NCBI GenBank assembly: GCA_965224485.1
Contig: CBDCZH010000019.1
Span: 96,001 to 160,000, forward strand
Origin: Arcobacteraceae bacterium
GTDB taxonomy: Bacteria > Campylobacterota > Campylobacteria > Campylobacterales > Arcobacteraceae
Length of the DNA: 64,000 nucleotides
Direction: 5' to 3'
Below the pieces are notes generated by a model. The model did no database searches. It was not told the DNA's origin and saw nothing but the letters and a program-made list of their open reading frames with translations. Positions 29,381-40,061 of the stretch are shown here, one piece after another. Position numbers and translations under genes: made by a program. Within the stretch, counting starts at the first letter, position 1. Every line of letters starts with the position of its first letter.

Positions 29381-30267
29381 ATGAATTCAAAAACAAAAGG
29401 TAATCTTTTTGGAATTACTGCTATTTTATTATGGACTACACTTGGATTATTTTCCTTATTAACGGGAAACATTCCTCCTTTCCAGTTAGTTTCTATATCT
29501 TTTTTTGTAGCTTCTTTAATTGGACTTATTATGTTAAAAGTTCAAGGTCATTGTTTTTCTTTACTATTTAAAATACCATTATTAGCTTGGATTATTGGAA
29601 TAAGTGGACTTTTTGCTTATCATTTTTTTTATTTTTTCGCTATTAAAAATGCACCCATTGTTGAAGCAAATTTATTGAATTATCTATGGCCCTTACTTAT
29701 AGTATTATTATCATCTTTATTCCAAATGAACGATTACGATGGTTTCATATTGCAGGTGCAATTTTTGGATTATTTGGGGCTTTTTTATTAGTTAGTAAAA
29801 ATGGTTCATTAGAACTTAATAGCCAATATTCTTTAGGATATATGTTTGCTATTTTAGCCGCTTTTACTTGGGCAAGTTATTCTGTTATTTTAAAAAAAAT
29901 GTCTCATATACCAACTTATAGTGTTACTGGTTTTTGTATTGTCACTACATTTTTATCTCTATTGTGTCATTTGACTTTTGAACAAACAATTATTCCTACA
30001 ACTACCCAGTTTATAGTAGCTATTTTAATAGGATTAGGTCCAGTAGGTGGAGCATTTTATGTTTGGGATTATGGTATGAAAAATGGAGATATAAAACTAT
30101 TAGGTTCTTTATCATATTTTATTCCACTATTTTCAACTTTTTTACTTATTATTTTTTCATCAGAAGAAATGAGCATAAGTATTGCTATTGCATGTATTTT
30201 AATCATTTGTGGATCTATTATAAGTTCGAAAGAACAATTATTAAATATGCTAAGAAAGAAGTCATAA
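29381..30267 (+). pseudogene. EamA/DMT transporter with a single-base frameshift near 29716
   Basis: ANLLNYLWP in one frame continues as FIPNERLRWFH in another; one extra T in tcttt restores the frame. Confidence 0.82.
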
Positions 30268-30373
30268 ATTAAAAGTGAAACTATTACCACACTTGTTATA
30301 AAATTTATAAACAATTAATTGGTAAATAGGGGAATAGTATATTTAATTTTAAATTAGGCATGTAATTTATTTT

Positions 30374-30715
30374 CTATTTTATAAAACTTTTAATTTTCTC
30401 AATATTTAAAATAAGATTTTTTTTGAAATGTCTAATATAGATTAATATTAAAATAAATAAAAATAAAGTTATCGTAAGTAAACTAATATTTAAATTAGAA
30501 CTAGCAATACTTGATAATACTAATAAACAAGATATTGATATAAAAAAAATCAACATAATTTTACCATACAAAGAAAAAGTTTTAGAAGCAAACATAAGAA
30601 GTTTTATACTAGAGTAAATATTACTATTCATGTAAGTTAACATTTTATCACAACCTTTTACTTCTTTTATAGTATTTGTAAAATCATCAATTTCCTTATC
30701 TATTTTATTAAGCAC
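30374..30715 (-). CDS. Hypothetical 2-TM membrane protein
   Basis: 113-aa ORF with GTG start and AGGA RBS. Confidence 0.45.
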   Translation of the reverse strand: MLNKIDKEIDDFTNTIKEVKGCDKMLTYMNSNIYSSIKLLMFASKTFSLYGKIMLIFFISISCLLVLSSIASSNLNISLLTITLFLFILILIYIRHFKKNLILNIEKIKSFIK

Positions 30716-30815
30716 TTTTATTCCTAAATTATTTTAAAGATAGTTTACTTAAATATTTCAGAATATATAATAAAGTGAAGATTCATTCTCTTGTATAAGA
30801 GTAAATAAATGAGTC

Positions 30816-32351
30816 TTAACTTTTTATATTTTTCATATGCTCTTGTATATTAACACTATCAAAGATATGAGATTTATCTACTTTTGCTATTTTTATAATA
30901 TGTTTTTTCTTTAAAACTAAAGTTATTTTAATTTCTAATTTGTTTAGTTTTGATATCATATCTTCAAGTGCAAATATCGCAGATATATCCATGAAGGGAA
31001 CATTTAAGCAGTTTATTATTAGGTGTTTCGTATCTAAAATTTTATTTACTTGTTCTTCAAAAATACAAGCTGAACCAAAGAAAAAAGCACCGTTTATGTT
31101 TAGTATTCTTGTATTTGATTTTTCATTTTTCATTTCATCTTTTTCATAATCAATAGTTTGAATATTAGACTCTTTTGAGATTCTGTAAACTATAAGAAGA
31201 GAAGCTAGTGCAATACCAGCTCCAACTGCTATAATTAAGTCTACAAAAACAGTTAGTAAAAACACTACGACCATAACGTAAAGGTCATATTTTGGAGCAT
31301 TTTTCATGATTCTTAGAAATTTATAATCAAGTATATCAATTCCTACTTTCATTAAAATACCAGCTAATAAAGCAAGAGGTATTTGAGAAACTATTGGAGC
31401 CATAAAAAGCATTGCACCAAGAATAGTAAGAGAGTGAATAATACCTGAAAGTCTTGTTCTTCCTCCACTTTTTACATTAATTACTGTTCTCATGGTAGCT
31501 CCTGCACCAGCTAGTCCACCAACTAAAGAGACAATAGTATTTCCTACTCCTTGCGCAATTAACTCTTTATTAGAGTTGTGTTTAGTCTTAGTAATAGAAT
31601 CAGCAACCAAAGAAGTTAAAAGTGTATCAATACATCCTAAAATAGCTAAGGCCAAAGCTAAGGTTATAATATCTTTTAGCTGATTAATCTCAAAAGAGGG
31701 TAATACAAAATTAGGAAGTGTTGTAGGAATTTCTCCTATTGTTTTTACGTCAAATCCAAAATATATGCTCATACTTGTAATAACAATTAATGCAATTAAT
31801 GGTGATGGAATAATTTTTGAAATTTTATTAGGAGTAAATAATGTTATAGCAAAAGTAGCTAAGGCAATTATGAGTGCTTGAGTGTCTATATTCGCTAAGG
31901 TTTGAGGTAAGTTATATAAGGTATTAATAACAGAACTATCTCCAGGTATTCCCATAAAAGGGTTTAGTTGCAAGATAATAATGATTAGACCAATACCACT
32001 CATAAATCCTGAAATAACTGGATAAGGTATATATCTTACATATTTTCCTAGCTTAAATACTCCAAAAAGTATTTGAAAAATACCTGTTAAAAATACTACA
32101 CACATCACAGCATTTATGTCACCTGAAAAAATTACAATTGCACTTGCAAAAACCACAGTCATGGGACCAGTTGGTCCTGAAATTTGAGTTGGAGTTCCAC
32201 CAAAAAGAGAAGCGACAAATCCTAAAACAATCGCACCATATAGCCCAGCAATAGCACCTGCACCACTAGCAACACCAAAAGCAAGAGCCAATGGAAGTGC
32301 AATAATAGCAGCAGTAATACCACCAAAGATATCACCTTTAATATTATTCAT
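30816..32351 (-). CDS. SulP-family anion (BicA-like bicarbonate) transporter with STAS domain
   Basis: GDIFGGITAAIIALPLALAFG, QISGPTGPM, GAGATMRT. Confidence 0.92.
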   Translation of the reverse strand: MNNIKGDIFGGITAAIIALPLALAFGVASGAGAIAGLYGAIVLGFVASLFGGTPTQISGPTGPMTVVFASAIVIFSGDINAVMCVVFLTGIFQILFGVFKLGKYVRYIPYPVISGFMSGIGLIIIILQLNPFMGIPGDSSVINTLYNLPQTLANIDTQALIIALATFAITLFTPNKISKIIPSPLIALIVITSMSIYFGFDVKTIGEIPTTLPNFVLPSFEINQLKDIITLALALAILGCIDTLLTSLVADSITKTKHNSNKELIAQGVGNTIVSLVGGLAGAGATMRTVINVKSGGRTRLSGIIHSLTILGAMLFMAPIVSQIPLALLAGILMKVGIDILDYKFLRIMKNAPKYDLYVMVVVFLLTVFVDLIIAVGAGIALASLLIVYRISKESNIQTIDYEKDEMKNEKSNTRILNINGAFFFGSACIFEEQVNKILDTKHLIINCLNVPFMDISAIFALEDMISKLNKLEIKITLVLKKKHIIKIAKVDKSHIFDSVNIQEHMKNIKS

Positions 32352-32596
32352 TATATGTCCTAAGTATTAATTATTCTTATGCAAGTTGTTTGCCTAGAAG
32401 TAAGAAAAAGATTTTTAATACTATTCCAAATGTCCTTAAAAAAAAATATAATATAATTATTTTATTTTGAAAACGTTCAGAAAAAACAAAAAACACTTAT
32501 ATAAACTATTAAGAATAGCAAGTAAATCTCAACTCTTTGAATAAAAATTAAGTTTAAACTAAGAAATTATATCATTTAGATACGAGACCCACTATT

Positions 32597-33226
32597 TTAG
32601 CGATTAATTGCATCATTAAAATTAGCTAGAGCAACAACTTCACCAGGAAGTAAGCTATCGATATGAATATCACCAATCCTAATTCTTACTAGTCTTAACG
32701 TGGCGAAACCAACAGCAGCCGTCATTTTTCTTATCTGACGTTTTTTTCCTTCACAAAGAGTAATAGATATCCAACTAGTAGGGCCATGTCTTAAATGGCG
32801 AATATTACGACCACGAACTGGTAGTTTTGGCTCATTCTCTAAGGCGAATGCTTTGCAAGGAAGGGTAAAATATTTACTTGCATTAACAGTAATTTCAACA
32901 CCATTTTGCAAGTGTGAGATTGCTTCTTCTGTAATCTCTCCATCAACTTGAACGTAGTACTCTTTTTCTATAGCTTTATCTCTTACTTTGTAACTCACCA
33001 TACCGTCAGTTGTGAGTAATAATAATCCTTCTGAGTCGTGATCTAGTCTGCCAATTGCCATAGTATTAGCAGGAAAGTTAAATAACTCACCTAATAACTT
33101 TTTCTTCTTTCTCTGTTCTGGTACAAACTGACTTAAAAAACCATATGGCTTAAATATTTTAAAATGCTGGTGATGTTGGGAGGAACTAGAAGGTTCGATT
33201 AAATTATTTTTCTTAGAATTTGGCAT
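32597..33226 (-). CDS. RsuA/RluE-family pseudouridine synthase
   Basis: KPYGFLSQF, GRLDHDSEGLLLLT, EGKKRQIRKMTAAVG. Confidence 0.9.
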   Translation of the reverse strand: MPNSKKNNLIEPSSSSQHHQHFKIFKPYGFLSQFVPEQRKKKKLLGELFNFPANTMAIGRLDHDSEGLLLLTTDGMVSYKVRDKAIEKEYYVQVDGEITEEAISHLQNGVEITVNASKYFTLPCKAFALENEPKLPVRGRNIRHLRHGPTSWISITLCEGKKRQIRKMTAAVGFATLRLVRIRIGDIHIDSLLPGEVVALANFNDAINR

Positions 33227-33397
33227 TAAACATATCCTTGAACATTTGGAATATAAGGTTTTTTTATTAAAGTATAAAGTTTAATTTCAAAAATAAAAAT
33301 TTATGACCTAAGCCCTTTTTTTAAATTATATCATAAAATAAAAGTTGATTTACTACCCCTCGTATAATAAATAAAAACTAAAGAGTTTATTATGGCA

Positions 33398-33546
33398 TTA
33401 ATTTGAGTCTGTATGATTTAGCCTAGTTATTTAATACCAATACAAAGCTCTTTTTTTCTTGCAAACTCTAAAACTTTTTGTCCCATTTCAAAAGCTAATT
33501 TATTACTAAAAGAATTTAATAACATTTTTCGTTGTGTTCTTTTCAT
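33398..33546 (-). pseudogene. Truncated, frameshifted remnant resembling the N-terminus of UPF0303 heme-degrading-domain proteins
   Basis: AAGGA RBS; MKRTQRKMLLNSFSNKLAFEMGQKVLEFARKKELCIGIK, then ITRLNHT in another frame. Confidence 0.45.
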
Positions 33547-33908
33547 TTTTTTCCTTCTAATATTAATATATAATTTTTCTTATTTGATTTAGCAATAAAT
33601 AATTATAGAAAACTTACTTATAATTATAAAGCTTATTTATTTTACTTAATTTACACTCTGAGTTGGGAGATAAAATATTGTAATTTTTTTACTTTATTTT
33701 GAATAATACGTAAATCAAATCCATTCCTAATAGCATTTCTACCTTTTTTATTCTATCTATATTTAAAAAAAAAGTAGCTCATCTCATAAGCCTTAATTTT
33801 ATAAAGAATTTAAGTTGTCATTCCTGTATTATTTAATGAAAGTTACTATATTTTTAGTGAAAGCATGGTATCTTACGCTTAGTATAAATATCATTGTAAG
33901 GAAAATAG

Positions 33909-34253
33909 ATGAAGAGATCAATTGGAATGAAAAGTTCTTATATTTTATCAGCTAAAAGTGTAGATTATGAAATCACAAAAATATCAGCTGGTAACTTTGC
34001 GTTAGGATATGAAAGTAAAAGTGGGCTATTTGTAGTTCAATATTATGGTCGTTCCGATACAGATGTAAATTCTGAAATTAAAAATTGGATTAATAAATAT
34101 AAAAGATTTAAATTCTTCTATGCATCAAGTCCTAAAAGTGCTTTTGTAAAAGAGTGCAAAAATTATCATGCTTTTGATGAGAAGAAAATAGATAATAAAA
34201 CCCATCCAAAAAAACCTGAAAACACAGATTATGAATGTCCGTATTGTCACTAA
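33909..34253 (+). CDS. Hypothetical protein, degenerate GIY-YIG-like, with C-terminal H...CxxC
   Basis: GNFALG...YYGRS...AFVKECKNYH...HP...CPYC. Confidence 0.55.
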   Translation: MKRSIGMKSSYILSAKSVDYEITKISAGNFALGYESKSGLFVVQYYGRSDTDVNSEIKNWINKYKRFKFFYASSPKSAFVKECKNYHAFDEKKIDNKTHPKKPENTDYECPYCH

Positions 34254-34512
34254 TTAAGTTAGTCAAATAAATAAACAGAATAACCAAACTTGTTCTTTTA
34301 TCTAACTTATAAATTTACCGGAATTTATAAGTTATTTTAATAATTAAGTAAACTGTCACCGGAATTTTTAAGAACCTCTATTCAAAGACAATGCCCTTTA
34401 GGTGATGAAAATTGTCAATATATGATAAGTAAGAATCTACATCAAATCCAATTGGAAAACCTAAAAAAAGTAGTTTTTAAATTAAAGGTGCCTGTCCAAT
34501 TTATCATAATTT

Positions 34513-34519
34513 GTTATCC
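34513..34519 (-). other. Remnant attC (R'' box GGATAAC only)
   Basis: Lies 7 bp after the 34527 stop; complementary to the decayed core (G>A)TTATCC at 35257-35251. Confidence 0.5.
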
Positions 34520-34526
34520 AATCTTT

Positions 34527-34898
34527 CTATAAAATTGCTCTAAATTCTATTTGTTCATTTGAATATAGAGGTTTTATAATTTTTCTAATACCGTGTCCAG
34601 CATTGGGTTCTTTTAAAATATCAATTAATTGATATTTTAATAATAGTTCTAAATCTTGATTTAAACTTGAAGGAGATTTTTTAAGATCTTCAAGTATTGC
34701 ACTATAATAAACTTTCGTTTTATTTTTAAGATACTGTATTAATTTAGTTCTTTGTGGTTTCAGTATATTTAATAAATCATTTGTTTCCATCCAAATTGTA
34801 TGTTTTGGAGTTATTTTTTCACCATTATCAATTTGCTTTGCAGTTTGCATTGCAGAATCAAAGAAATCATCTATTGTTCCATTTTGAATATTTATCAT
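34527..34898 (-). CDS. HVO_A0114-like wHTH protein; putative antitoxin
   Basis: LLNILKPQRTKLI, SSLNQDLELL, NAGHGIRKII. Confidence 0.75.
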   Translation of the reverse strand: MINIQNGTIDDFFDSAMQTAKQIDNGEKITPKHTIWMETNDLLNILKPQRTKLIQYLKNKTKVYYSAILEDLKKSPSSLNQDLELLLKYQLIDILKEPNAGHGIRKIIKPLYSNEQIEFRAIL

Positions 34899-35203
34899 TT
34901 TATAAACTCCTTTATATCATTTCTAAATCTTTGAACTAATTCTTGATAGCTGATAAAGTCATCAAGTTCAGTTATTTGTCCAAAATAATGTTTATGATGA
35001 AAGTTATGACTATTGTCATAACCCATAACTCTTCCATTATCATTTGGAAATACATTTTTATTAATATAAACCATATTATATTTTATAATTAAGTTTTCAA
35101 ATTCCCAAGCTTCAAATTTTATAATTCCACCACCTTTTTCGGATGGAACTATAAATTGCTCATCAATCACTTTAATATAATTTTTCTTTTTTGATTTAGC
35201 CAT
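34895..35203 (-). CDS. DUF6516-like protein; putative toxin
   Basis: YNMVYIN, DNGRVMGYDNSHNFHHKHYFG; 4-bp overlap with its partner. Confidence 0.72.
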   Translation of the reverse strand: MAKSKKKNYIKVIDEQFIVPSEKGGGIIKFEAWEFENLIIKYNMVYINKNVFPNDNGRVMGYDNSHNFHHKHYFGQITELDDFISYQELVQRFRNDIKEFIK

Positions 35204-35250
35204 AGAATAATTATAACAGATTTACTTATAATTGTAAAGCTGATTTATTA

Positions 35251-35302
35251 GGATAATCTTTGATTTCATCGATGCTCTGTATTCTATATAAGATATTATG
35301 AC
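35251..35302 (-). other. Degenerate attC site
   Basis: tttgatttcatcgatgctctgtattc aligns with tttgacttcagcgacgctctgcgttc of the intact attC; both core boxes mutated. Confidence 0.65.
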
Positions 35303-35462
35303 TTTTTTTACTTTATTTTATATGCGCCCATTAAATTAATAAGTGCAATATAATTTTAGACTTAGGATTGGTATTCTTGGATAAAATTATTGCATTAACA
35401 AAAGTTTTGACAAAAAATAATTTGTATGATAAAATACTGTATTACAAATAGAAAGGTTTATT

Positions 35463-35690
35463 ATGACTGCAACAGTTAGATTAGATGCCAATTTAGAAGA
35501 AAAACTAAATAATTTATCACATACCTTACATAAAAAGAAAAGTGATGTAATTAGAGATGCAATTTCATTTTACTTCTCAAATATAGAAAACAGTAAAAAA
35601 AACAGAATGTTAAATGCTGTAAATAAAGTTAAAGATTCTGATAAAAAAGAGTATCAATCTTTAGAAGGAACATTAAGTGACGGTATCTAA
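35463..35690 (+). CDS. Ribbon-helix-helix (CopG-like) antitoxin
   Basis: TVRLD...KKSDVIRDAI; overlaps the toxin start. Confidence 0.85.
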   Translation: MTATVRLDANLEEKLNNLSHTLHKKKSDVIRDAISFYFSNIENSKKNRMLNAVNKVKDSDKKEYQSLEGTLSDGI

Positions 35691-36018
35691 AGGTGAGATT
35701 TGGATTGCAAATTTAAATCCAATAAAAAAGAATAATGAAGTTGGTAAAATCAGACCTGTACTTATTTTTCAAAATGATGATTTAAATCATAGTGATTACC
35801 CAAGTACAATAATTATTCCTTTAACAACATATTTAATAGATGATGCCCAACCTCTTAGATTTAGAATTAGTAAAAGAGATAAACTAAAAGAAGATTCTGA
35901 TCTTATTATTACACAAATAAGAGCTATTGATAATAGTAGATTTGTTGAGAAACTAGGAGTTCTAAGTCATAAAGAAATGTCTAAAATTAAAGACTTATTT
36001 TTTGAAGTTATTGATTAG
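35677..36018 (+). CDS. PemK/MazF-family toxin
   Basis: GEIWIANLNP, EVGKIRPVLIFQ, IIIPLTT, QIRAID. Confidence 0.92.
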   Translation: MTVSKGEIWIANLNPIKKNNEVGKIRPVLIFQNDDLNHSDYPSTIIIPLTTYLIDDAQPLRFRISKRDKLKEDSDLIITQIRAIDNSRFVEKLGVLSHKEMSKIKDLFFEVID

Positions 36019-36037
36019 TAATATAAGAGATTAAAAG

Positions 36038-36091
36038 ATATAACGTTTGACTTCAGCGACGCTCTGCGTTCGCTGCTAGGTTTTGTTATAC
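36038..36091 (-). other. Integron attC recombination site (54 bp)
   Basis: Minus strand GTATAAC-AAAAC-CTAGCAGCGA..ACGCAGAGCG..TCGCTGAAG-TCAAAC-GTTATAT: R''/R' boxes, 5/6-nt spacers, extrahelical G; GC-rich palindrome just after a stop codon. Confidence 0.8.
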
Positions 36092-36126
36092 TTGACTTTA
36101 TATAAACTATTATAAATAATTTATAC

Positions 36127-37005
36127 TTATAAACTATTTTTCCAAATCTTTTTAACTATATATTTTTTTATTTTTTTATTATTAGTTTGAATAATTTGAA
36201 CATCCATTGTTACATTGGTAGGTGTTCCTTTCATTAAAACTTTATTTTTTAGACTTTCTATTAACTTAACAAAATTATTATCTGTTTTTACTTCTCTATC
36301 TAATATAAAAGGAATAGCTCTATCAACTTCTGGAATTTCTATTCGCCCTGAGTAATTTGTTGCACTAAAACTTGTTATAATTCCTGTAACAGAAATTATT
36401 TTTTCTAATATAACTTCTTCGTTTATATATTTATATGTATCTATAGATAACTCTGAACTAAATTTAATTTCTTTTCCATTTACAAAGCCTTTTATTATAG
36501 TTTTTTCTGCAGAATCATTCTTAAAAATTGGTCTATGCATATCAATAATTGAATTAGTACATTTATCAATTACCATATCTAATTGATGTTGGTGTATTGT
36601 AGGAAGATTTTTAATTTTACTCTCTTCATATAATTTACCAATAGATTTATTATAGTCAACATGAATACCTAAACTCTCTGATATAACATAGTCATATGCA
36701 GAAAACATTAAATGTCCTAATACTGAATTTTGAGGAGCACTTAATGCCCCTCCTAATGCTCCTCCTAGTAATCCTATTGCAATATTCATTTTCCAACTAC
36801 CTTCTTCATGAGGTAAGGAATAAATATAAGCATTTCTTAAAGATGGTGATCTAGAAATAATTTTTTCATTTAATAATAAATGTGTAGTTATTGCTATTGA
36901 ACGGTGAAAACCCATCATTGACCGAGAGATATCATATAAATCTACTCTATGTTTATCTGATAATTTTCCATTAAAGGAAACTTCAAATGTTAATAAATCA
37001 CTCAT
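36127..37005 (-). CDS. Hypothetical protein, second gene of the cassette (possible C-terminal OB-like fold)
   Basis: 292-aa ORF with AAAGG RBS; HRVDLYDISRSMMGF and PHEEGSW motifs. Confidence 0.7.
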   Translation of the reverse strand: MSDLLTFEVSFNGKLSDKHRVDLYDISRSMMGFHRSIAITTHLLLNEKIISRSPSLRNAYIYSLPHEEGSWKMNIAIGLLGGALGGALSAPQNSVLGHLMFSAYDYVISESLGIHVDYNKSIGKLYEESKIKNLPTIHQHQLDMVIDKCTNSIIDMHRPIFKNDSAEKTIIKGFVNGKEIKFSSELSIDTYKYINEEVILEKIISVTGIITSFSATNYSGRIEIPEVDRAIPFILDREVKTDNNFVKLIESLKNKVLMKGTPTNVTMDVQIIQTNNKKIKKYIVKKIWKNSL

Positions 37006-38321
37006 TTATATACCTTTATTTTTTATCTATAATCTTTTTATATTCTAAATCTAATTGATTCCTAATCATATGTATAGCTATATCAATTCTTGTTCCCACC
37101 GTTACTTTATTCTTTTTATGCCATTCTGTCATTATTCCAACCAACATAAATTCAGGTTTAAATATAGAAGACATTACCCATAATCCAGAACCACTAACGC
37201 CATATAAATGAGGTGGAGTTGAAATTATATTTATATTATTAAAATCTTTAACTTTATCAATATCTACTATAATGTGATCATCTTTTTTAAAATTTAATTC
37301 TCTATATTTTTCATCTTTTGATGGTTTTGTCAAACTAACTAATTCTTCACGTTTATGAGTCTTGCCATAAATTTTAGTTTTACTTACAGGAAAGCCTGCC
37401 ATTAAATATTGTTGTTTATTTGTTAAATTATGATTTATATCTAAAAGATTACTATTTAAAAAAGAATATTGTTCCAATAAATCTTCTACAAAATGATCTG
37501 CTAATTTCATTATTGCTAAATCAATTTTGTTTTCTTTATCATTTGTATAGACCTCTTTTCACACTTAAAGTGCAACATAGAGTAATGTAAGATGTAAGGC
37601 TGATTGATATACAATTTAAGCTCAATATCTTGCAGGATAAATGGAGCATTAAATGGAAAAGTATAAACAATTAACCTTAGGTTTAAGGTATCAAATATTT
37701 GCTTATAAAAACGAAAATTATACACAATCTAAAATTGCAGAGTTACTAGGTGTTAATAAATCAACCATATCAAGAGAGCTTAAAAGAAATAGTAACAATG
37801 ATTACTACAGTCCTGAGGATGCTCATATAAGTGCTGTCTCTAGAGACAAGTTTAAAGATAGGTATCACAAGATAACAAAGAAGTTAAAACTAAAGATTGG
37901 CAAGTTATTAAAAGAAGGATTATCTCCTGAGCAATTAACAGGAAGACTAAAACTACATAAAATAGCTAATATATCTTATGAAACAGTATATAGGTATATT
38001 TATGCAAATCAAATAAGTGGTGGAAGATTATATAAATATTTAAGACATAAGAACAAAAAGTATGGAAATAGAAGTAGTCAATATAAAACAAGAGGTCAAA
38101 TAAAGAATAGAGTTAATATAAGTCAACGAGCTAAAATAATTGAGACTAAAACTAGATTTGGAGACTTTGAAGTAGATACTATTATTGGGAAAGACCATAA
38201 AGGTGCAATTGTTACATTAGTAGATAGAAAGAGTAAGTTTACACTAATGAGGATAGTTGAATCAAAACAAGCTGGTGCAGTTACGCAAGCTATTATAGAG
38301 TTGTTATATCCAATAAGGAAT

Positions 38322-39433
38322 CCTCTTTTCACACTTAAAGTGCAACATAGAGTAATGTAAGATGTAAGGCTGATTGATATACAATTTAAGCTCAATATCT
38401 TGCAGGATAAATGGAGCATTAAATGGAAAAGTATAAACAATTAACCTTAGGTTTAAGGTATCAAATATTTGCTTATAAAAACGAAAATTATACACAATCT
38501 AAAATTGCAGAGTTACTAGGTGTTAATAAATCAACCATATCAAGAGAGCTTAAAAGAAATAGTAACAATGATTACTACAGTCCTGAGGATGCTCATATAA
38601 GTGCTGTCTCTAGAGACAAGTTTAAAGATAGGTATCACAAGATAACAAAGAAGTTAAAACTAAAGATTGGCAAGTTATTAAAAGAAGGATTATCTCCTGA
38701 GCAATTAACAGGAAGACTAAAACTACATAAAATAGCTAATATATCTTATGAAACAGTATATAGGTATATTTATGCAAATCAAATAAGTGGTGGAAGATTA
38801 TATAAATATTTAAGACATAAGAACAAAAAGTATGGAAATAGAAGTAGTCAATATAAAACAAGAGGTCAAATAAAGAATAGAGTTAATATAAGTCAACGAG
38901 CTAAAATAATTGAGACTAAAACTAGATTTGGAGACTTTGAAGTAGATACTATTATTGGGAAAGACCATAAAGGTGCAATTGTTACATTAGTAGATAGAAA
39001 GAGTAAGTTTACACTAATGAGGATAGTTGAATCAAAACAAGCTGGTGCAGTTACGCAAGCTATTATAGAGTTGTTATATCCAATAAGGAATTTAGTTCAT
39101 ACCATTACATCAGATAATGGCAAAGAGTTTTCTTATCATGAAGAAATAGCAAAAGAATTAAATATAAAGTTTTATTTTTGTGATCCTTATTCATCTTGGC
39201 AAAGAGGATTAAATGAACATACAAATGGATTGGTGAGAGAATATATTCCTAAAAAATCAAGCTTTGAGAATGTAAATAATACTCAAATACTTATAATACA
39301 AAACAGGTTAAATAATAGACCAAGAAAGATACTAAAATATTATACTCCGAATGAGATATTTTTGAAGGAAGTTTCAAGAAAGATGGTGGCATAATTTTGC
39401 CTATATTTGTTGCACTTTAGAGTTGAATTGGCG
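38322..39433 (+). mobile_element. IS30-family copy 3 (inner, intact), nested in copy 2
   Basis: 1112 bp; TSD AAT (38319-38321/39434-39436). Confidence 0.95.
38423..39394 (+). CDS. IS30-family transposase
   Basis: Translation identical to 9290..10261. Confidence 0.95.
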   Translation: MEKYKQLTLGLRYQIFAYKNENYTQSKIAELLGVNKSTISRELKRNSNNDYYSPEDAHISAVSRDKFKDRYHKITKKLKLKIGKLLKEGLSPEQLTGRLKLHKIANISYETVYRYIYANQISGGRLYKYLRHKNKKYGNRSSQYKTRGQIKNRVNISQRAKIIETKTRFGDFEVDTIIGKDHKGAIVTLVDRKSKFTLMRIVESKQAGAVTQAIIELLYPIRNLVHTITSDNGKEFSYHEEIAKELNIKFYFCDPYSSWQRGLNEHTNGLVREYIPKKSSFENVNNTQILIIQNRLNNRPRKILKYYTPNEIFLKEVSRKMVA

Positions 39434-40061
39434 AATTTAGTTCATACCATTACATCAGATAATGGCAAAGAGTTTTCTTATCATGAAGAAATAGCAAAAG
39501 AATTAAATATAAAGTTTTATTTTTGTGATCCTTATTCATCTTGGCAAAGAGGATTAAATGAACATACAAATGGATTGGTGAGAGAATATATTCCTAAAAA
39601 ATCAAGCTTTGAGAATGTAAATAATACTCAAATACTTATAATACAAAACAGGTTAAATAATAGACCAAGAAAGATACTAAAATATTATACTCCGAATGAG
39701 ATATTTTTGAAGGAAGTTTCAAGAAAGATGGTGGCATAATTTTGCCTATATTTGTTGCACTTTAGAGTTGAATTGGCGAGATAAGAAATCCATGAAGGTA
39801 TGAGAAAACATCATTTATTAAAATACCTATTTTATTAGGTTTAATCTGATTATTTTCAAAAACATGACTAGCCGTAATTAAATAATGACACTCATTCTCC
39901 ATATACAATATGCAGGATGCCAAGGCAATAGGTCTAATTGGTTTATACTCATTTTCAATGTAAAACATTTGAGGAGTATATTTGAAAATTTTATCAGCAC
40001 AATTATTAACATTTTTTCCTATTAAATCATATAATTCTTTTTCGATTGCATTTCCTTCTGT

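Larger units (their letters stand above)
37552..39778 (+). mobile_element. IS30-family copy 2 (outer), interrupted by copy 3; transposase split into 37653-38321 and 39434-39739
   Basis: Same ends as copy 1; TSD AGA (37549-37551/39779-39781); length 2227 = 2x1112+3. Confidence 0.95.
37016..40046 (-). pseudogene. Trypsin-like serine protease split by the nested IS30 elements
   Basis: Removing the IS and one TSD rejoins in frame: LITASHV ... KIDLAIMKL ... GVSGSGLW (H/D/S triad); the RBS-spaced start codon at 40046 reads ATC, next in-frame ATG at 39968. Confidence 0.85.

Noticed and set aside
34302..34335. Inverted repeat taacttataaatt/aatttataagtta as an attC
   Set aside because: AT-only stem without L boxes or extrahelical bases; more likely a terminator.
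37516..38495. Minus-strand ORFs 37516..37725, 38123..38440 and 38304..38495
   Set aside because: Antisense frames across IS sequence and IS ends.
39407..39739. 110-aa ORF as an independent gene
   Set aside because: C-terminal fragment of the interrupted outer transposase.
9189..39778. Composite transposon between the IS30 copies
   Set aside because: Each copy has its own matching TSD (TAT, AGA, AAT), so the insertions were independent.
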